This document shows, piece by piece, positions 38,529-49,987 of a stretch of DNA of 64,000 nt (position 1 is the stretch's first letter; every line of letters starts with the position of its first letter). The DNA is from Vulcanimicrobiota bacterium (GTDB lineage Bacteria; Vulcanimicrobiota; Vulcanimicrobiia; Vulcanimicrobiales; Vulcanimicrobiaceae). The notes below the pieces were generated by a model. It was not told where the DNA came from. It made no database searches and worked only from the letters and a program-made list of their open reading frames with translations. Both the position numbers and the translations under genes were made by a program. Location of the stretch: positions 512,001 through 576,000 of the forward strand of contig CAWHWQ010000001.1 of the NCBI GenBank assembly GCA_963833095.1, read 5' to 3'.

Positions 38529-40531
38529 GCCGTTTCCATCGTCATCCTAAGGTGCGCCGTAGGCGCCGCGAAGGGGCGTCACGCGTTCGTCGTGAGCCGC
38601 CGTTCCACCGCCGTCCCAGAGCGTGCGCGGCTCGAGCGGGTGGCCGCCCTCGGGATGGCGCGACGCACCGCTGTGATAGAGCGCGTCGCCGAACGTGCCG
38701 CGAAGGCACTCTGCGGCACGTGCAACCACCGCGGCGTCGAGTTCTTCGATCGTCGGCAACGTCAGATCGAACTGCTGCGCAAGCCCGACCAGCATCTCGA
38801 GATCGGAGAGCGGCCCGTCCGGCGCTCGAGCGAGGCGTTGACCGGCAAGCAGATCGCCCGTGAGATTCATGCGTCGTGCCGTTCTTTTCGAACGCGCCCT
38901 TCGCCGGCAAGCACGAGCGTCGCGAGCTGCGCCGTCTCGGTCATGAACAGATCGCTGACCACGACGAAGCTCGTGGCGCCCAGCGCTGCACGGACCGCCT
39001 CGGGTCGGCTGCGTTGCGCACCGGATTCACGCCGAAGAGCGAGAGCGCGGCGAGCTTTCCGCGCGCGCGCAACATCCGAGCATCAACGCCCCGTCGCATA
39101 CCGCCGTCGATCGGCAGCATGCCCATCGCCTCGGCGCCGCGCGCGTTGCCTTGTTCGCTCGTGATATACGTCGACCACGTTCCGGCTGCGAACGCTTCCA
39201 CGAGGGCCTTGCCCAAGCTCAAGGTCGACGCCGTCCCACACGAGCGCGACGCGCGCGTCCGATGCAATCCGCGCCGACGTCTCGGCAGCTTCGTTCGCCG
39301 TGCGACGTGATACGAGCTTCGCGCCGCTGCGCATGGCTTTGAGCGTGCGCAGCCACAAGCACCGGCGCGAGTTCCTCCGGCGAATCGCCGGCGATGACGA
39401 TCGCTTTGGCGCTCTCGAGCGCGACGAATCGTCCGCCGTTCTTGCCCGGGCGTCGCTTGACGCTGCGCGCCGCCGCGCCAGTCGAGATTGCGCACGCCGA
39501 TCGCGCGGAAGACGTGCTGCAGACAGATACGCTTCTTCGTTGTAAGACGGCCGCCGCCGATCGCGCCGGCGCTCTGCGCTCCGTGCTGCGCGCATCTTGA
39601 TCGCTTTCGCCCACAGCGCGAACGCATCGTCCCAGCCGATTTGCACGAAGTCGCCGTTCTTGCTTGTAGAGCGGCTGCGTGAGCCGCTCGGGCGATGCGT
39701 AGAAGCCGATATTGTAGCGGCCGCGATCGCACAGCCAGCCGTCGGAGATCGCGTCGTCGTGCTCGACCGACATCGTGCGCAGCACGTGCCGTAGCGCACG
39801 TCGCGAGAACTGCTGGCAGCCGACCGGACACTGCGTGCAGGTCGTCTGCGTGCGGTGCAGGTCCCACGGGCGCGACTTGAAGCGATAGGTCTTCGAGGTC
39901 AGCGCGCCGACCGGGCAGATCTCGGTGACGTTGCCGGTAAAGTTGATGCTGGTACGGCGTCGCCGGTCGCGGTCGCGATGATGTCGTGGCGCCGCGATCC
40001 TTGACGACGAGCTGATCGTTCGCCGGCGATGATGTCGTCGAAGCGCACGCAGCGCTGGCAGACGACGCAGCGCTCTTCGTCGAGCACGATCGTCGGGCCG
40101 AGATCGACGGCCTTGGGTTTGCGCGCTTCGGATCGGCGACGTCGGAGGTGCCGCGCGCCGTACGCCATCGCGTAATCTTGCAGATCGCACTCGCCGCCCT
40201 TGTCGCAGATCGGACAGTCCAGCGGATGATTGACGAGCAGCAGTTCGAGGATCATCGCCGCGGCCCGCATCGACGCTTCGCGTCTGCGTGTGCACGACCA
40301 TGCCGTCGGCGACCGGCGTATTGCAGGCGATCTGCAGCTTCGGCATCGCCTTCGATCTCGACCAAACACACGCGGCACAGTCCCGCCGGCCCGAGCTTGG
40401 GATGATAGCAGTAGACCGGGAATCTCTTGCTTGACCGTCTTCGCGGCTTCGACCAGCAGCGTGCCTTTGGGAACGTCGCACCGGCACGCCGTCGATGGTG
40501 AGGTTGACGAGCTGTTGCACGCTCAGGGCAT
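38525..40531 (-). CDS. nuoG: NADH-quinone oxidoreductase subunit G (frameshifted)
   Basis: [52 protein letters not shown]. Confidence 0.88.
38540..38576. repeat. REP-like half element at the nuoG 3' end
   Basis: CGTCATCCTAAGGTGCGCCGTAGGCGCCGCGAAGGGG shares the GTCATCCTAAG head with the 24.8-kb element. Confidence 0.5.
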
Positions 40532-40533
40532 GC

Positions 40534-41804
40534 TCAGTGCATTCAGACGGTTTCCGTTCAAGAGACGCGAGCTTCGAATTGATCGCGGAAAGCGGTTGCA
40601 GCACCGACTTCAGGAACGGTTCGATCGAATCGCCGAGCGCGCACAGATTCAGGCCGGTGATATCGTGCCGCGACGCGCCGCATCATCTCGAGATCGCTTC
40701 GACGCCGCGTGCCTTCGACGAAGCGCCGAGACGCGTCTCGAGCCACTGCCGCCTTCGCGGCACGGCGTGCACTGTCCGCACGATTCGTGCGCGAAGAAAC
40801 GGATCAGATTGTACGCGCGCTTTACGAAATCGGTCGTGTCGTCGAAGACGACGAACGCGCCCGAGCCGAGCATCGAACCGGCCTTCGCCATGTCTCGTAA
40901 TCGTACGGCAAGTCGAGATGCTCTTCGAAGATGCACGCCGACGAACCGCCGCCCGGCTGCACCGCCATGAACGTGCGTCCCGGGCGCAAGCCGCCCGCGA
41001 TCTCGATCAGTTCGCGCGACCGTCGTGCCGAGCGGCGACTTCGTAGTTGCCGGGCTTCTGCACGTGCCCGGAGATCGAGACGATCTTGTAGCCCTTGCTG
41101 CGCTCGGTGCCGGCCGCGGCGAACCACTCCGCACCGCGTTCGAGAATCGGCACGAGATAGGCCAGCGTCTCGACGTTGTTCACGACCGTCGGCTCGCCGT
41201 AGAGACCCGCGATCGCCGGAAACGGCGGCTTGAGGCGCGGTTCGCCGCGCTTGCCTTCGAGCGAGTTGAGCAGCCCGGTCTCTTCGCCGCAGATGTACGC
41301 GCCGGCGCCGCGATGCACCGTCACTTCGAGATCGTAGCCCCTGCCGAACAGATTCTTGCCGACGAAGCCCGCCGCGCGCGCTTGCTCGAGCGCCTGCGCA
41401 AAAGATCTCGTAGCCGCGCTTGAACTCGCCGCGGATGTAGATGAACGCGTGATGGCACGCGATGCCGTACGCGCCGAGCAGAATGCCTTCGAGCACCAGA
41501 TGCGGCGTTTCTTCGAGCAGCATGTGATCTTTGAACGTGCCGGGCTCGGCTTCGTCGCAGTTGCACACGAGATAGCGCGGATGCTCGTCCTTCGGCAAGA
41601 ACGACCACTTGCGTCCGGTCGGGAATCCCGCGCCGCCGCGTCCGCGCAAGCCCGATTTGTCGGCACGCATCGAGCACGTCGGCCGGCGTGAGTTCGCGCA
41701 CCGCGCGTTCCCACTGCTTGTAGCCGCCGCGCTGAACGGTAGACGTCGATGTCGCGCAGATTGGCCTCGCCGATGCCGGCGGTCAGAACCTTAGTGACCG
41801 GCAT
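40534..41804 (-). CDS. nuoF: NADH-quinone oxidoreductase subunit F (frameshifted)
   Basis: [49 protein letters not shown]. Confidence 0.92.
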
Positions 41805-42595
41805 GTGACCGCTTCCTCACTGTTCGACGACTTCGACGATCGGCGCGCGCAGTCGCGCACGGCGCGCTCGCGCGTGCGCTCCGTAGAACGTCGATATCGT
41901 CGCGATTCACGATGCGGTCGAGCATGATCACGCCGCTGCGATCGCCGACGCCGCCCGCGTTGTTCGGGATTCGCGACGCCGACGCGCCCGGCGACTTTGT
42001 GCCGGTCGAAACTTCGCCGTCCTGCGCGAACGCTCCAGGTCGCCGGCGGTCTTCGGTCTGCGCCATCGGCTCGACGTCGTACGTGCCCGGCGCGCATCGC
42101 GGCCAGCATCTCGTCGATCATCGCGGGCGTGAGATCGTAGACGAACTCGAGGTTCACTTGCATGCACGTCGCGCGGTCGCAGGCCGCCAGACACTCGACT
42201 TCTTCGTAGGAAAACAGCCCGTCGGCGGTCGTTCCAGATGGCCGATGCCGAGCTTCTCGCGGAAGTACGCCATGATGTCTTCGGCGCTCGTTGATGCGTG
42301 CACGACAAGTCCGCGGCAGACCTGCAGCATATACTTCCCGACCGGCCGGCGGAAGAACAGCGTGTAGAACGAGACCGTCGACTCGACGACGGCCGGCGTC
42401 ACGTCGAGCAGCTCCGCAGACGCGCGCATCGCCTCGCGGCTGACGTAGCCTTCGTGCTGCTGAAACAGATGCATCAGCGGCAGCAGCGCCGAGCGCTTGT
42501 GCCTCGTACTGCGCGACGATCCGCTTCGCACTCGGGCTTCAGCCGCGCGCGACTAGCGCCGGGGAAATGTCTTCGCATGACGCGTGCTCGCTCAC
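41791..42595 (-). CDS. nuoE: NADH-quinone oxidoreductase subunit E with C-terminal extension (frameshifted)
   Basis: [10 protein letters not shown]...GYVS, SFYTLF, QVCRG, ECLAACD..MQVN, followed by an extra C-terminal tail. Confidence 0.82.
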
Positions 42596-43822
42596 CGGTC
42601 GACCTCGCCGAAGACCGGATCGAGCGAGCCGATCATCACGACCAAGTCGGCGATGAGGTTGCCGACGGCGCATGCCCTTGAGCACTTGCAGGTTGTACAT
42701 GCTGACGGCGGGCGCGTGCGCACGCGGTACGGGCGGTTGTCGCCGTTGCTGACGATGTAGTAGCCCAGCTCGCCGCGCGGCGACCTTCGATGGCTTGATA
42801 GACGTCGCCCGGCGGAACGCGGAAGCCTTCGCTGACGATCTTGAAGTGATGGATCAGCGCTTCCATCGAGAGCGCGATCGTCTCTTTCGGCGGCGCGACG
42901 AACTTCGGATCGTCGATCATCACCGGGCCCGGCGTGTCGAGACGCTTGCGCGCCTGCTCGATGATGCGCATCGACTGCGTCCATCTCGTCGAGCCGCACG
43001 AGGAAGCGCGCGTAGGCGTCGCCTTCGGTGCGCGTCGGGACGTCGAACTCGTACTGCTCGTAGCCGCTGTACGGAAAGGCTTTGCGCACGTCGTAGGCGA
43101 TGCCGCTGCCGCGCAGCGCCGGGCCGGTGACGTTCCACTGCGATCGCTTCTTCGGCGCGAGAGATGCCGACGTCGATCGTGCGGTCTTGGAAGATCGGAT
43201 TCGCCTGCAGCAGCCCGCGCAGCTCGCGCATGCGGCGCGGGAAACTTCGCGATCAGCGCGTCGAGCTGCGCGAGAAAGCCGTCCGGCAGATCGCCGTTGA
43301 GGCCGCCGATGCGCACGTAGTTCGGATGCATGCGCGCGCCGCCGGCGGCTTCTTGCAGATCGAGGATGTTCTCGCGCAGATCGAAGCAGATAGAAAAAGA
43401 CCGAGATCGCGCCGAGATCGATGCCGTGCGTGCCGAGCCAGACGCAATGCGACGCGATGCGCGTCAGCTCGGCGATCAGCACGCGGATGCTTGCGCGCGC
43501 TCGGGGATCTTGTCGGTGATGCCGAGCAGCTTCTCGACCGCCAGCGCGTAGCAGAGCGCGTTGGATTCCGGCGCGAGGTAGTCCATGCGCTCGATGACGG
43601 TCTGCGCCTGCGTCCAAAAGAGATTTTCGGCCGACTTCTCGATGCCGGTGTGCAGGTAGCCGATCTCGGGCTCGGCCTTGATCACGCTCTCGCCTTCGAT
43701 CTCGAGCATGATCTGCAGCACGCCGTGCGTCGACGGGTGCTGCGGCCCCATCGAAAGCACCATCGCGTTGCCTTCTTGCGAGACGATCTCCGGGCGTGAG
43801 CGGCGTCGTCGGACAGGCTCAC
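42592..43822 (-). CDS. nuoD: NADH-quinone oxidoreductase subunit D (frameshifted)
   Basis: [50 protein letters not shown]. Confidence 0.92.
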
Positions 43823-44429
43823 GTTGACGTCTCCTCGCGCGCGCGTCTTGACTTGCTCTTGCAGCGCTTCGAGCGTGCGGCCCGACGGCGGCGTGCCGGC
43901 TTGCACGTTGCTCTTGAGCGCGAACGACGGGCGCGGCGCGCGTTCGCGCGCGGGGCCGCGCAGCGGATAATCCTTGCGCAGCGGATGGCCTTCCCAATCG
44001 TAGGGCATCTGGATGCGCCGCAGATCGGGTGTCCGTCGAACACGATGCCGAAGAGATCGAAGACTTCGCGCTCGGCCCAATCGGCCGACTGCCACAGATC
44101 GATCGACCGTCGGCAGATGCGGCGGGTCGCCGGACGACGCCGCACAGCACGCGCACGCGCGCCGGCGTGCCGATCTCGTGCGGCGTCGCAGCTTCGGCGC
44201 GCAGCTTGAACAGATGATAGACGACGTCGAAGCGCGGCTCGCGCCCGAGATAGTCGACGCCGCCGAGATCGAGCAGCATCGCGAAGCCCGTCGCTTTGAG
44301 CGCTTCCAGACGCGCGCGCAAGCTGCGCCGGCTCGACGCGCTCGATCGATCGCGTCGTCGATGTCGCGGGCGAAGGCTCGTCGGATCGAGCGCGGTGCCG
44401 GCGATCGGCGGCGTTTGCGTGCTAGGCAT
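43819..44429 (-). CDS. nuoC: NADH-quinone oxidoreductase subunit C (frameshifted)
   Basis: [41 protein letters not shown]. Confidence 0.9.
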
Positions 44430-44443
44430 GGTTAGCTCCTAGG

Positions 44444-44924
44444 TCACGCGCGGGCGAGGATGCCGCCGCGGCCGCCTTCGCGGATCTGCTGCTGAATCAG
44501 ATTCACCGCGTAGAGCAGCCCGTCGGGCGTCGGCGGGCAGCCCGGAACGTAGACGTCGACCGGAACGATCGTGTCGACGCCTTGGACGACCGCGTAGTTA
44601 TCGAAGATGCCGCCGGAACTCGCGCACGCGCCCATCGAGATGACCCACTTCGGATCGGCCATTTGATCGTAGAGCCGCTTGACGACCGGCGCCATCTTCT
44701 GCGCGACGCGGCCCGGAGACGATCATCAGATCGGCTTGCCGCGGCGAACTGCGAAAGACTTCGGAGCCGAGGCGCGCGATGTCGTACTCGGACGACGTCA
44801 CGGTCATCATCTCGATCGCGCAGCACGCCAGGCCCATCGTCAGCGGCCACACCGACGAACTCTGCGCCCAGCGCGCCACGTCGTCGAGCCGCGCGAGCAG
44901 AAAGTGGCCGGGGCTTACCTCCAC
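44444..44924 (-). CDS. nuoB: NADH-quinone oxidoreductase subunit B (frameshifted)
   Basis: [40 protein letters not shown]. Confidence 0.92.
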
Positions 44925-45270
44925 GCGAATCCGCCCTTCTTCCACACGTAGGCATACCCGATCGCCGAGCACGATGATGAACACGACCATCTCGACCAGG
45001 CCGAAGACGCGCAGCGCGTGCATCTGCACCGCCCACGGATAAAACGATGCCGCTTCGACGTCGAAGATGACGAACAGCATCGCGATCAGATAGAAGCGCA
45101 CCGGAAAACGCCCGGCGACCGTCGGAGGTCGGCTCGACGCCGCATTCGTAGGCTTCGGCCTTTTCGGGATTCGGCTTGCGCCGGCCCAGCAGGCCCGGAA
45201 GAACGGTGAAGAGCAGCGCCGCGGCAAGCGCGACGCACAGGTAGATCGCTACCGGTCCGTACGGGTTCAT
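44915..45270 (-). CDS. nuoA: NADH-quinone oxidoreductase subunit A (frameshifted)
   Basis: [35 protein letters not shown]. Confidence 0.9.
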
Positions 45271-45273
45271 GGC

Positions 45274-45291
45274 TTGTGAAAGTTTTCACAA
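45274..45291. promoter_or_regulatory. Rex operator upstream of nuoA
   Basis: Perfect TTGTGAA-AGTT-TTCACAA palindrome ending 3 nt before the nuoA ATG, just downstream of a TAACAT -10-like hexamer (45299-45304, minus strand). Confidence 0.85.
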
Positions 45292-45486
45292 AGTCACGAT
45301 GTTACCTGGGCAACGGATGAAAAAATACCCCGACAATCGGCGGTATTGGCTCAGCTTGGGCCATCCAATGGATCACTGCGAACCTCCCGAAGGCTCAGCC
45401 GTTCCCGCAAACGTATAGCTGCACAATGCGGCTAAGGTCCCAGCGAGGGACGCGCGTCCGCGAAGCGCGGGTACACTGGAGGTAGC

Positions 45487-46042
45487 ATGCGCAAAATGGC
45501 TCGGCCTGGTCGTTCTGCTCGCCATGGGCGACAGATGCAACAACGGCGTCGTCGGCGTACAAGATTACGGCCGCGTGACCGGACGCGTGCTCGACGCAAT
45601 GACCAACAGGCCGATCCCCGACGCAATGGTTTCGGTCGGCTCCCTCTTCGTCTCAGGCCGACGCCCAGGGGGCTTCATGCTTGCGCACGTCCCGGTCGGA
45701 TTCAAACCGTCACGGCACGTATGCCGGGCTTTACGACACCGACGCATCGCAGTTGCGCGTCGCAAAAAGATCGTCACCGCGCAAGCCGGCTACATGCGCC
45801 TCGTGCCGATCATCCACGCCGGAGGCCAAGCCGACGCTTCCGCCTCCAGCCACGCCGACTCCGCCGTCACCATCGTCCCGCACCTACGTGCCGCCCGGCG
45901 CGACGACTCGCCTCTGCGGCTCTCGCCGACGGCAACGCCGTCGCCGAGCGCTGCGCCGTCAATGCAGGCGCAGTCCGGCCAGATCGAAGTCGTACTCGAT
46001 CGAGCGATAGATATCGTCGGGGATTTCGCCGCCGCGACGTAG
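45487..46042 (+). CDS. Putative lipoprotein with carboxypeptidase-regulatory-like domain (frameshifted)
   Basis: CNNGVVGVQDYGRVTGRVLDAMTNRPIPDAMVSVG; Pro/Thr-rich tail; GGAGG SD. Confidence 0.5.
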
Positions 46043-47547
46043 CCGCGCGATCTCGCGCCGTTCGGCGTCGAGCGCTGCTAGTTCGATACGTCGATCGGCC
46101 TCGCGTTCGTCGCGCGCTCCGCGTTCCGTTTCTTCGCTTTCGAGATGTCCTTGCAAGTGGGCGATGCGCCGCTCGTATTCGCCAAGAAGTCGTGCCGCGG
46201 CTTCCATCTCGCCCGGCTCTTGCAGCGAGGGCTCGATGGAACGTAAATAGTTTCGGCTGCTTCCTCGAGCGCTTGCACGCGAATCGCCATCTCCTGTCCT
46301 TGGCGCTTATCCGTTTCGCTGATGCCCAACGACCCGATCAGCGGTCCAAGCGTGAGGCCATGCAGAAGCAGCGTGACGACGATCACGCAGAGCGTGATGA
46401 AAATCACCTCGTCGCGCCCCGCGAGCGGCTCCCCTAGAGCGTTACATATGGCAATGCCAGCGCAGCGCGAGCGAAACGATGCCGCGCATGCCGCTCCAGC
46501 TGATCACCAGAATCGCTTGCCAGGACGGAAGCGGGTCGCGTTTTGCAACGCCGGAATCAGCCGCCGCAACTTCGCGATCGGGTAGACCCAGACAAGACGC
46601 ACCACGATCACTGCGACGCTGATAACCACGGCAAGCCACGCGTAGCTCCCAAGGGACGACGGCAGCGAGCGCACGATGCCCGGTAAAATCAGGCCGATTT
46701 GCAGAAAAACGAACCCGTTATAAGAGAATCATGACACGCCACACGGCGCTTGCGATCACGCGTCCTTCGGGTGAGAAGATTGCCTGCGAGCGACGGCTCA
46801 CGTAAATACCGGCGGTAACCGCCGAAAGAACCCCTGAAACGCCAATCGCGTCGGCCGGGAGATACGCCGCGTAGGGTGCCAGCAATCCGACCACGTTAGC
46901 AACGGCCGGATCTTCGACGTTGAAGCGCGCGAGCAAACGCATCACAAACTCGATGATCACACCGACGAGGAGCCCAAAGACGATGCCGAGCGCAACGTTG
47001 AGCACAAACGCGATCGAGGCATGCAATAGTGAGAAGGCTCCCGATACGGCCGCTGCTACGGCGAAACGATAGATAACCAGCGCGGTCCATCGTTGACAAG
47101 ACCTTCGCCGGTTACGATCGAGGCGATGCGGCGCGGAACGGCCATGCGCTCGAAAATCGCCTCGGCCGCAACCGCATCGGGTGGGGAAACGATCGCGCCA
47201 AGAACGAACGCGGTCGCCCAATCGAATCCGGCGAGTTGGTGCGCGAGCAGAGCAACGACCACCGTCGTGAACAGAACGAGCCCAACTGCGAGCGTTGAGA
47301 TCGCGCCGAAATTACGCTTGAACTCGTACCAATCCGTATTCCATCCGCCGGAGAAGAGCAGCGGCGGCAGCACGAGCAAAAAGAACAGTTGCGGGTTCAG
47401 GTGCGGAGCGGGCAAACCTGGTACGAGCGCAAAGGCCAGACCGATAACGACGAACGCGATCGGATACGGAATGCGCAAGCGCTGCGCCACGATCGCCGAG
47501 ACGATCACTCCGCCGAACAGCGCGACGAGCAGCAGCGCTTGGTTCAT
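45959..47547 (-). CDS. Na+/H+ antiporter, CPA1 family (frameshifted)
   Basis: LPPLLF, LGAIVSPPDAVA, GEGLVND, GVSGVLSAV, WSGMRGIVSLA, ERREIARLRR.GEI.D..DL. Confidence 0.85.
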
Positions 47548-47561
47548 GGGTTAGTGTCCCA

Positions 47562-48137
47562 CTAAATTGTCGTCCCGAGGGCGCGTAAATCGAGCGCAAA
47601 CCCGCATACGACCAAAAAGACCGCGTCCGCGCCTGCGGCGAGACGCTGCTTCATGCGCCCGACCACGTCGCGAAAGAGCCGCGCCGATGCGGCTACCGGT
47701 ACGATGTCCCAGCCGACTTCCTCGGCGACCACGACCACCTGCGCGCGCGAATCGAGCATGGCCTGCGCGAGCTCGGTCGCCTCTTCGTCTATCCGTGTCT
47801 CGAAGGCGGCGAAATCACGCTCGAGCTCGTCGATGTGCGTCGCGATCCGCGCCGCGAGCCACGTTCCCAACGCGTCCACCACGATGCATTGTTCGGGTAC
47901 TCCCTCTCGAAAGAGCGCGATCAACGCGTCATGCCCGAGCGAGGCGCTTTCGATCGAATCCCACGTCGAGGGGCGATCGTGCACGTGTCGCGTCAGCCGC
48001 GAATCCCACTCATCGTCGCTCGCGTCGCGCATCGCGGTTGCAACGTAGCTCACGCGGCGGCCTGACCGCTGCGCGATCGCGATCACATAGCGGCTCTTGC
48101 CCGAGCGTACCGGGCCGGTCACGAGCGTCAAGCCCAT
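47562..48137 (-). CDS. cobU: Bifunctional adenosylcobinamide kinase / cobinamide-phosphate guanylyltransferase
   Basis: LVTGPVRSGKSRY, YVATA..DDEW..R..RH..RP..W, EEVGWDIVP..RLFRD..G. Confidence 0.9.
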   Translation of the reverse strand: MGLTLVTGPVRSGKSRYVIAIAQRSGRRVSYVATAMRDASDDEWDSRLTRHVHDRPSTWDSIESASLGHDALIALFREGVPEQCIVVDALGTWLAARIATHIDELERDFAAFETRIDEEATELAQAMLDSRAQVVVVAEEVGWDIVPVAASARLFRDVVGRMKQRLAAGADAVFLVVCGFALDLRALGTTI

Positions 48138-48161
48138 GAGCAAGCCTTCTCCGCACCATAG

Positions 48162-49304
48162 TTGAATCACTCGCAGATGCTCACGCGCACGGCGATAGCC
48201 GTCTTCGGAATGGTGCTGATCGTAGCCGCCTTGAACGACGTCTTCCAGTCGGTGATCGTCCCGCGCGCGGTCGGGCGCCGGCTGCGGCCGAGTTATTACC
48301 AGACGCGCGCGCTCTGGTCGATCTGGCCGCGCTTGGCCCTTCGCCTCTACCCGAACAACGAAGATCGACGCGAGGATTTTCTCGCGGCCTTCGCGCCGTC
48401 CAATCTCATCGTCAATCTCATGATCTGGTCGCTGCTGCTGCTGTTCGGCTACGCCTCGATCTTCTTCGCGCTTCGCGATCAAATGCACCCGGCTCTCGCT
48501 TCATTTGGCGAAGCGTTTTACTTTGCGGGTACGTCATTTTTTACCATCGGCTTCGGGGATTTCGTCGGCAACACCGGGCTGACGCGGCTCGCCTCCCTCG
48601 CCGCCGGGGCCTCCGGCTTCGGGATCATTTCAACCACGACGGCATATTTGTTCGCAATCTTCGGCGCGTTCCAGACACGCGAGCAATTCGTCGTAACGGT
48701 CGGTGCGCGCGCAGGCGCACCCCCCAGCGGGGTCGGGCTCCTCACGATCGCCGCGCACGCCGGCATCGTCAAAGATTTGTCCGCGTTGATGCGCAGCGGC
48801 GAGACCTGGTGCGCATTCCTGATGGAGACGCATCTCGCGTATCCGATCTTGGCGTACTTTCGATCCAGCCACGACTATGAATCCTGGGTCGGTACGCTGG
48901 GCGCGCTGCTCGATACCGCGGTCTTGATGATCACGACGGTGCAGTGCGACGCCGGCGAGGCGCGCATCCTTTACAACATCGGCCGGCATGCCACGCACGA
49001 CCTGTCCTCGTACTTTCGGCTCGAGGGCGACGGGCACGATCCGGGCATCACACGCGAGCAATTCGACGAAGCATGTACGCGGCTCGAATCAGCGGGCCTC
49101 ACCCTCAACGATCGCGACCACGCGTGGGAGCGTTTTGCCGCACTTCGACGCTCGTATGCAAGCCATCTCAACGCGCTTGCGGGGTTCTTCCAGGTGCCTA
49201 CGTTACACTGGGTAGGCCCGCAGTCGATCATCGAGAGCATCCACATGCGCGAACAGATGTCCCCGGAGATCCTCGAGCGGATCGATAGGATTCAAAACCC
49301 GTGA
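48162..49304 (+). CDS. Potassium channel family protein (two-TM pore)
   Basis: AFYFAGTSFFTIGFGD selectivity filter; ETHLAYPILAYFRS C-terminal domain. Confidence 0.82.
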   Translation: MNHSQMLTRTAIAVFGMVLIVAALNDVFQSVIVPRAVGRRLRPSYYQTRALWSIWPRLALRLYPNNEDRREDFLAAFAPSNLIVNLMIWSLLLLFGYASIFFALRDQMHPALASFGEAFYFAGTSFFTIGFGDFVGNTGLTRLASLAAGASGFGIISTTTAYLFAIFGAFQTREQFVVTVGARAGAPPSGVGLLTIAAHAGIVKDLSALMRSGETWCAFLMETHLAYPILAYFRSSHDYESWVGTLGALLDTAVLMITTVQCDAGEARILYNIGRHATHDLSSYFRLEGDGHDPGITREQFDEACTRLESAGLTLNDRDHAWERFAALRRSYASHLNALAGFFQVPTLHWVGPQSIIESIHMREQMSPEILERIDRIQNP

Positions 49305-49987
49305 TCGCGGTCGATCTTGTGAAGAAAATGCAACGCGTCGCCGAGCGGTACGGCAAATCCGATCGAGCGCTCGTCGTCGAAGCGTGAGTCGGCGAGGCCA
49401 ATGATCTTCCCGGTATCGATGAAGAAGATAGGGCCTCCGCTCTCTCCCGGAACGATTTGCAGCGTTACCTCCAGCGCGTCGTTGCGGATGGACGAGAGCC
49501 GCCCCGTGTCAAGCGACGTGGCTAAACCCAGTTGTTCGTCTTGGAACTCGTCGGGAATCGGATAGCCGAGCAGACCGACGTCGCGCCCGATTTGATCGTG
49601 TAAGTCGGTTGCCGCACCGAGCGGGAGCACCGGAAGATTTGGGCGCGTCGTGCGCAAGAGCGCAAGATCGGTATCGTTGTTCACGGCAATCACGCGCGCC
49701 GATACCTTCTCGCGATTGCCGATTGTAGCGTGCAAATCCCAAGCCCCAGCGACTACGTGCGCCACAGTGAGAATATCGCTCCCCCAGGGACCGCTCGCAA
49801 TGACGAGTCCGGTACCATAGGCATCGTTGTAGCCATCCTTCTTCTTCTCGGGTGGCACGCGCATCGTCAGGAGCACGACCGACGGTTTCATCGTGCGCAC
49901 CAACACGACGAAGCGATCGTCGGGGTAGTCGGTCGCGCACGCAGAGAGTGCGCACAGCAGCGCAACGAGCATCGCGACGAGTTTCAT
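49292..49987 (-). CDS. Trypsin-like serine protease (probable lipoprotein)
   Basis: LSAC lipobox; catalytic triad motifs LTVAHVV, DLALL, PGESGGP. Confidence 0.85.
   Translation of the reverse strand: MKLVAMLVALLCALSACATDYPDDRFVVLVRTMKPSVVLLTMRVPPEKKKDGYNDAYGTGLVIASGPWGSDILTVAHVVAGAWDLHATIGNREKVSARVIAVNNDTDLALLRTTRPNLPVLPLGAATDLHDQIGRDVGLLGYPIPDEFQDEQLGLATSLDTGRLSSIRNDALEVTLQIVPGESGGPIFFIDTGKIIGLADSRFDDERSIGFAVPLGDALHFLHKIDRDHGF

Noticed and set aside
31061..45270. nuo operon as pseudogenes or programmed frameshifting
   Set aside because: All 14 genes are present with intact motifs and operator. Damage is dominated by scattered indels without slippery-site logic, typical of long-read error.
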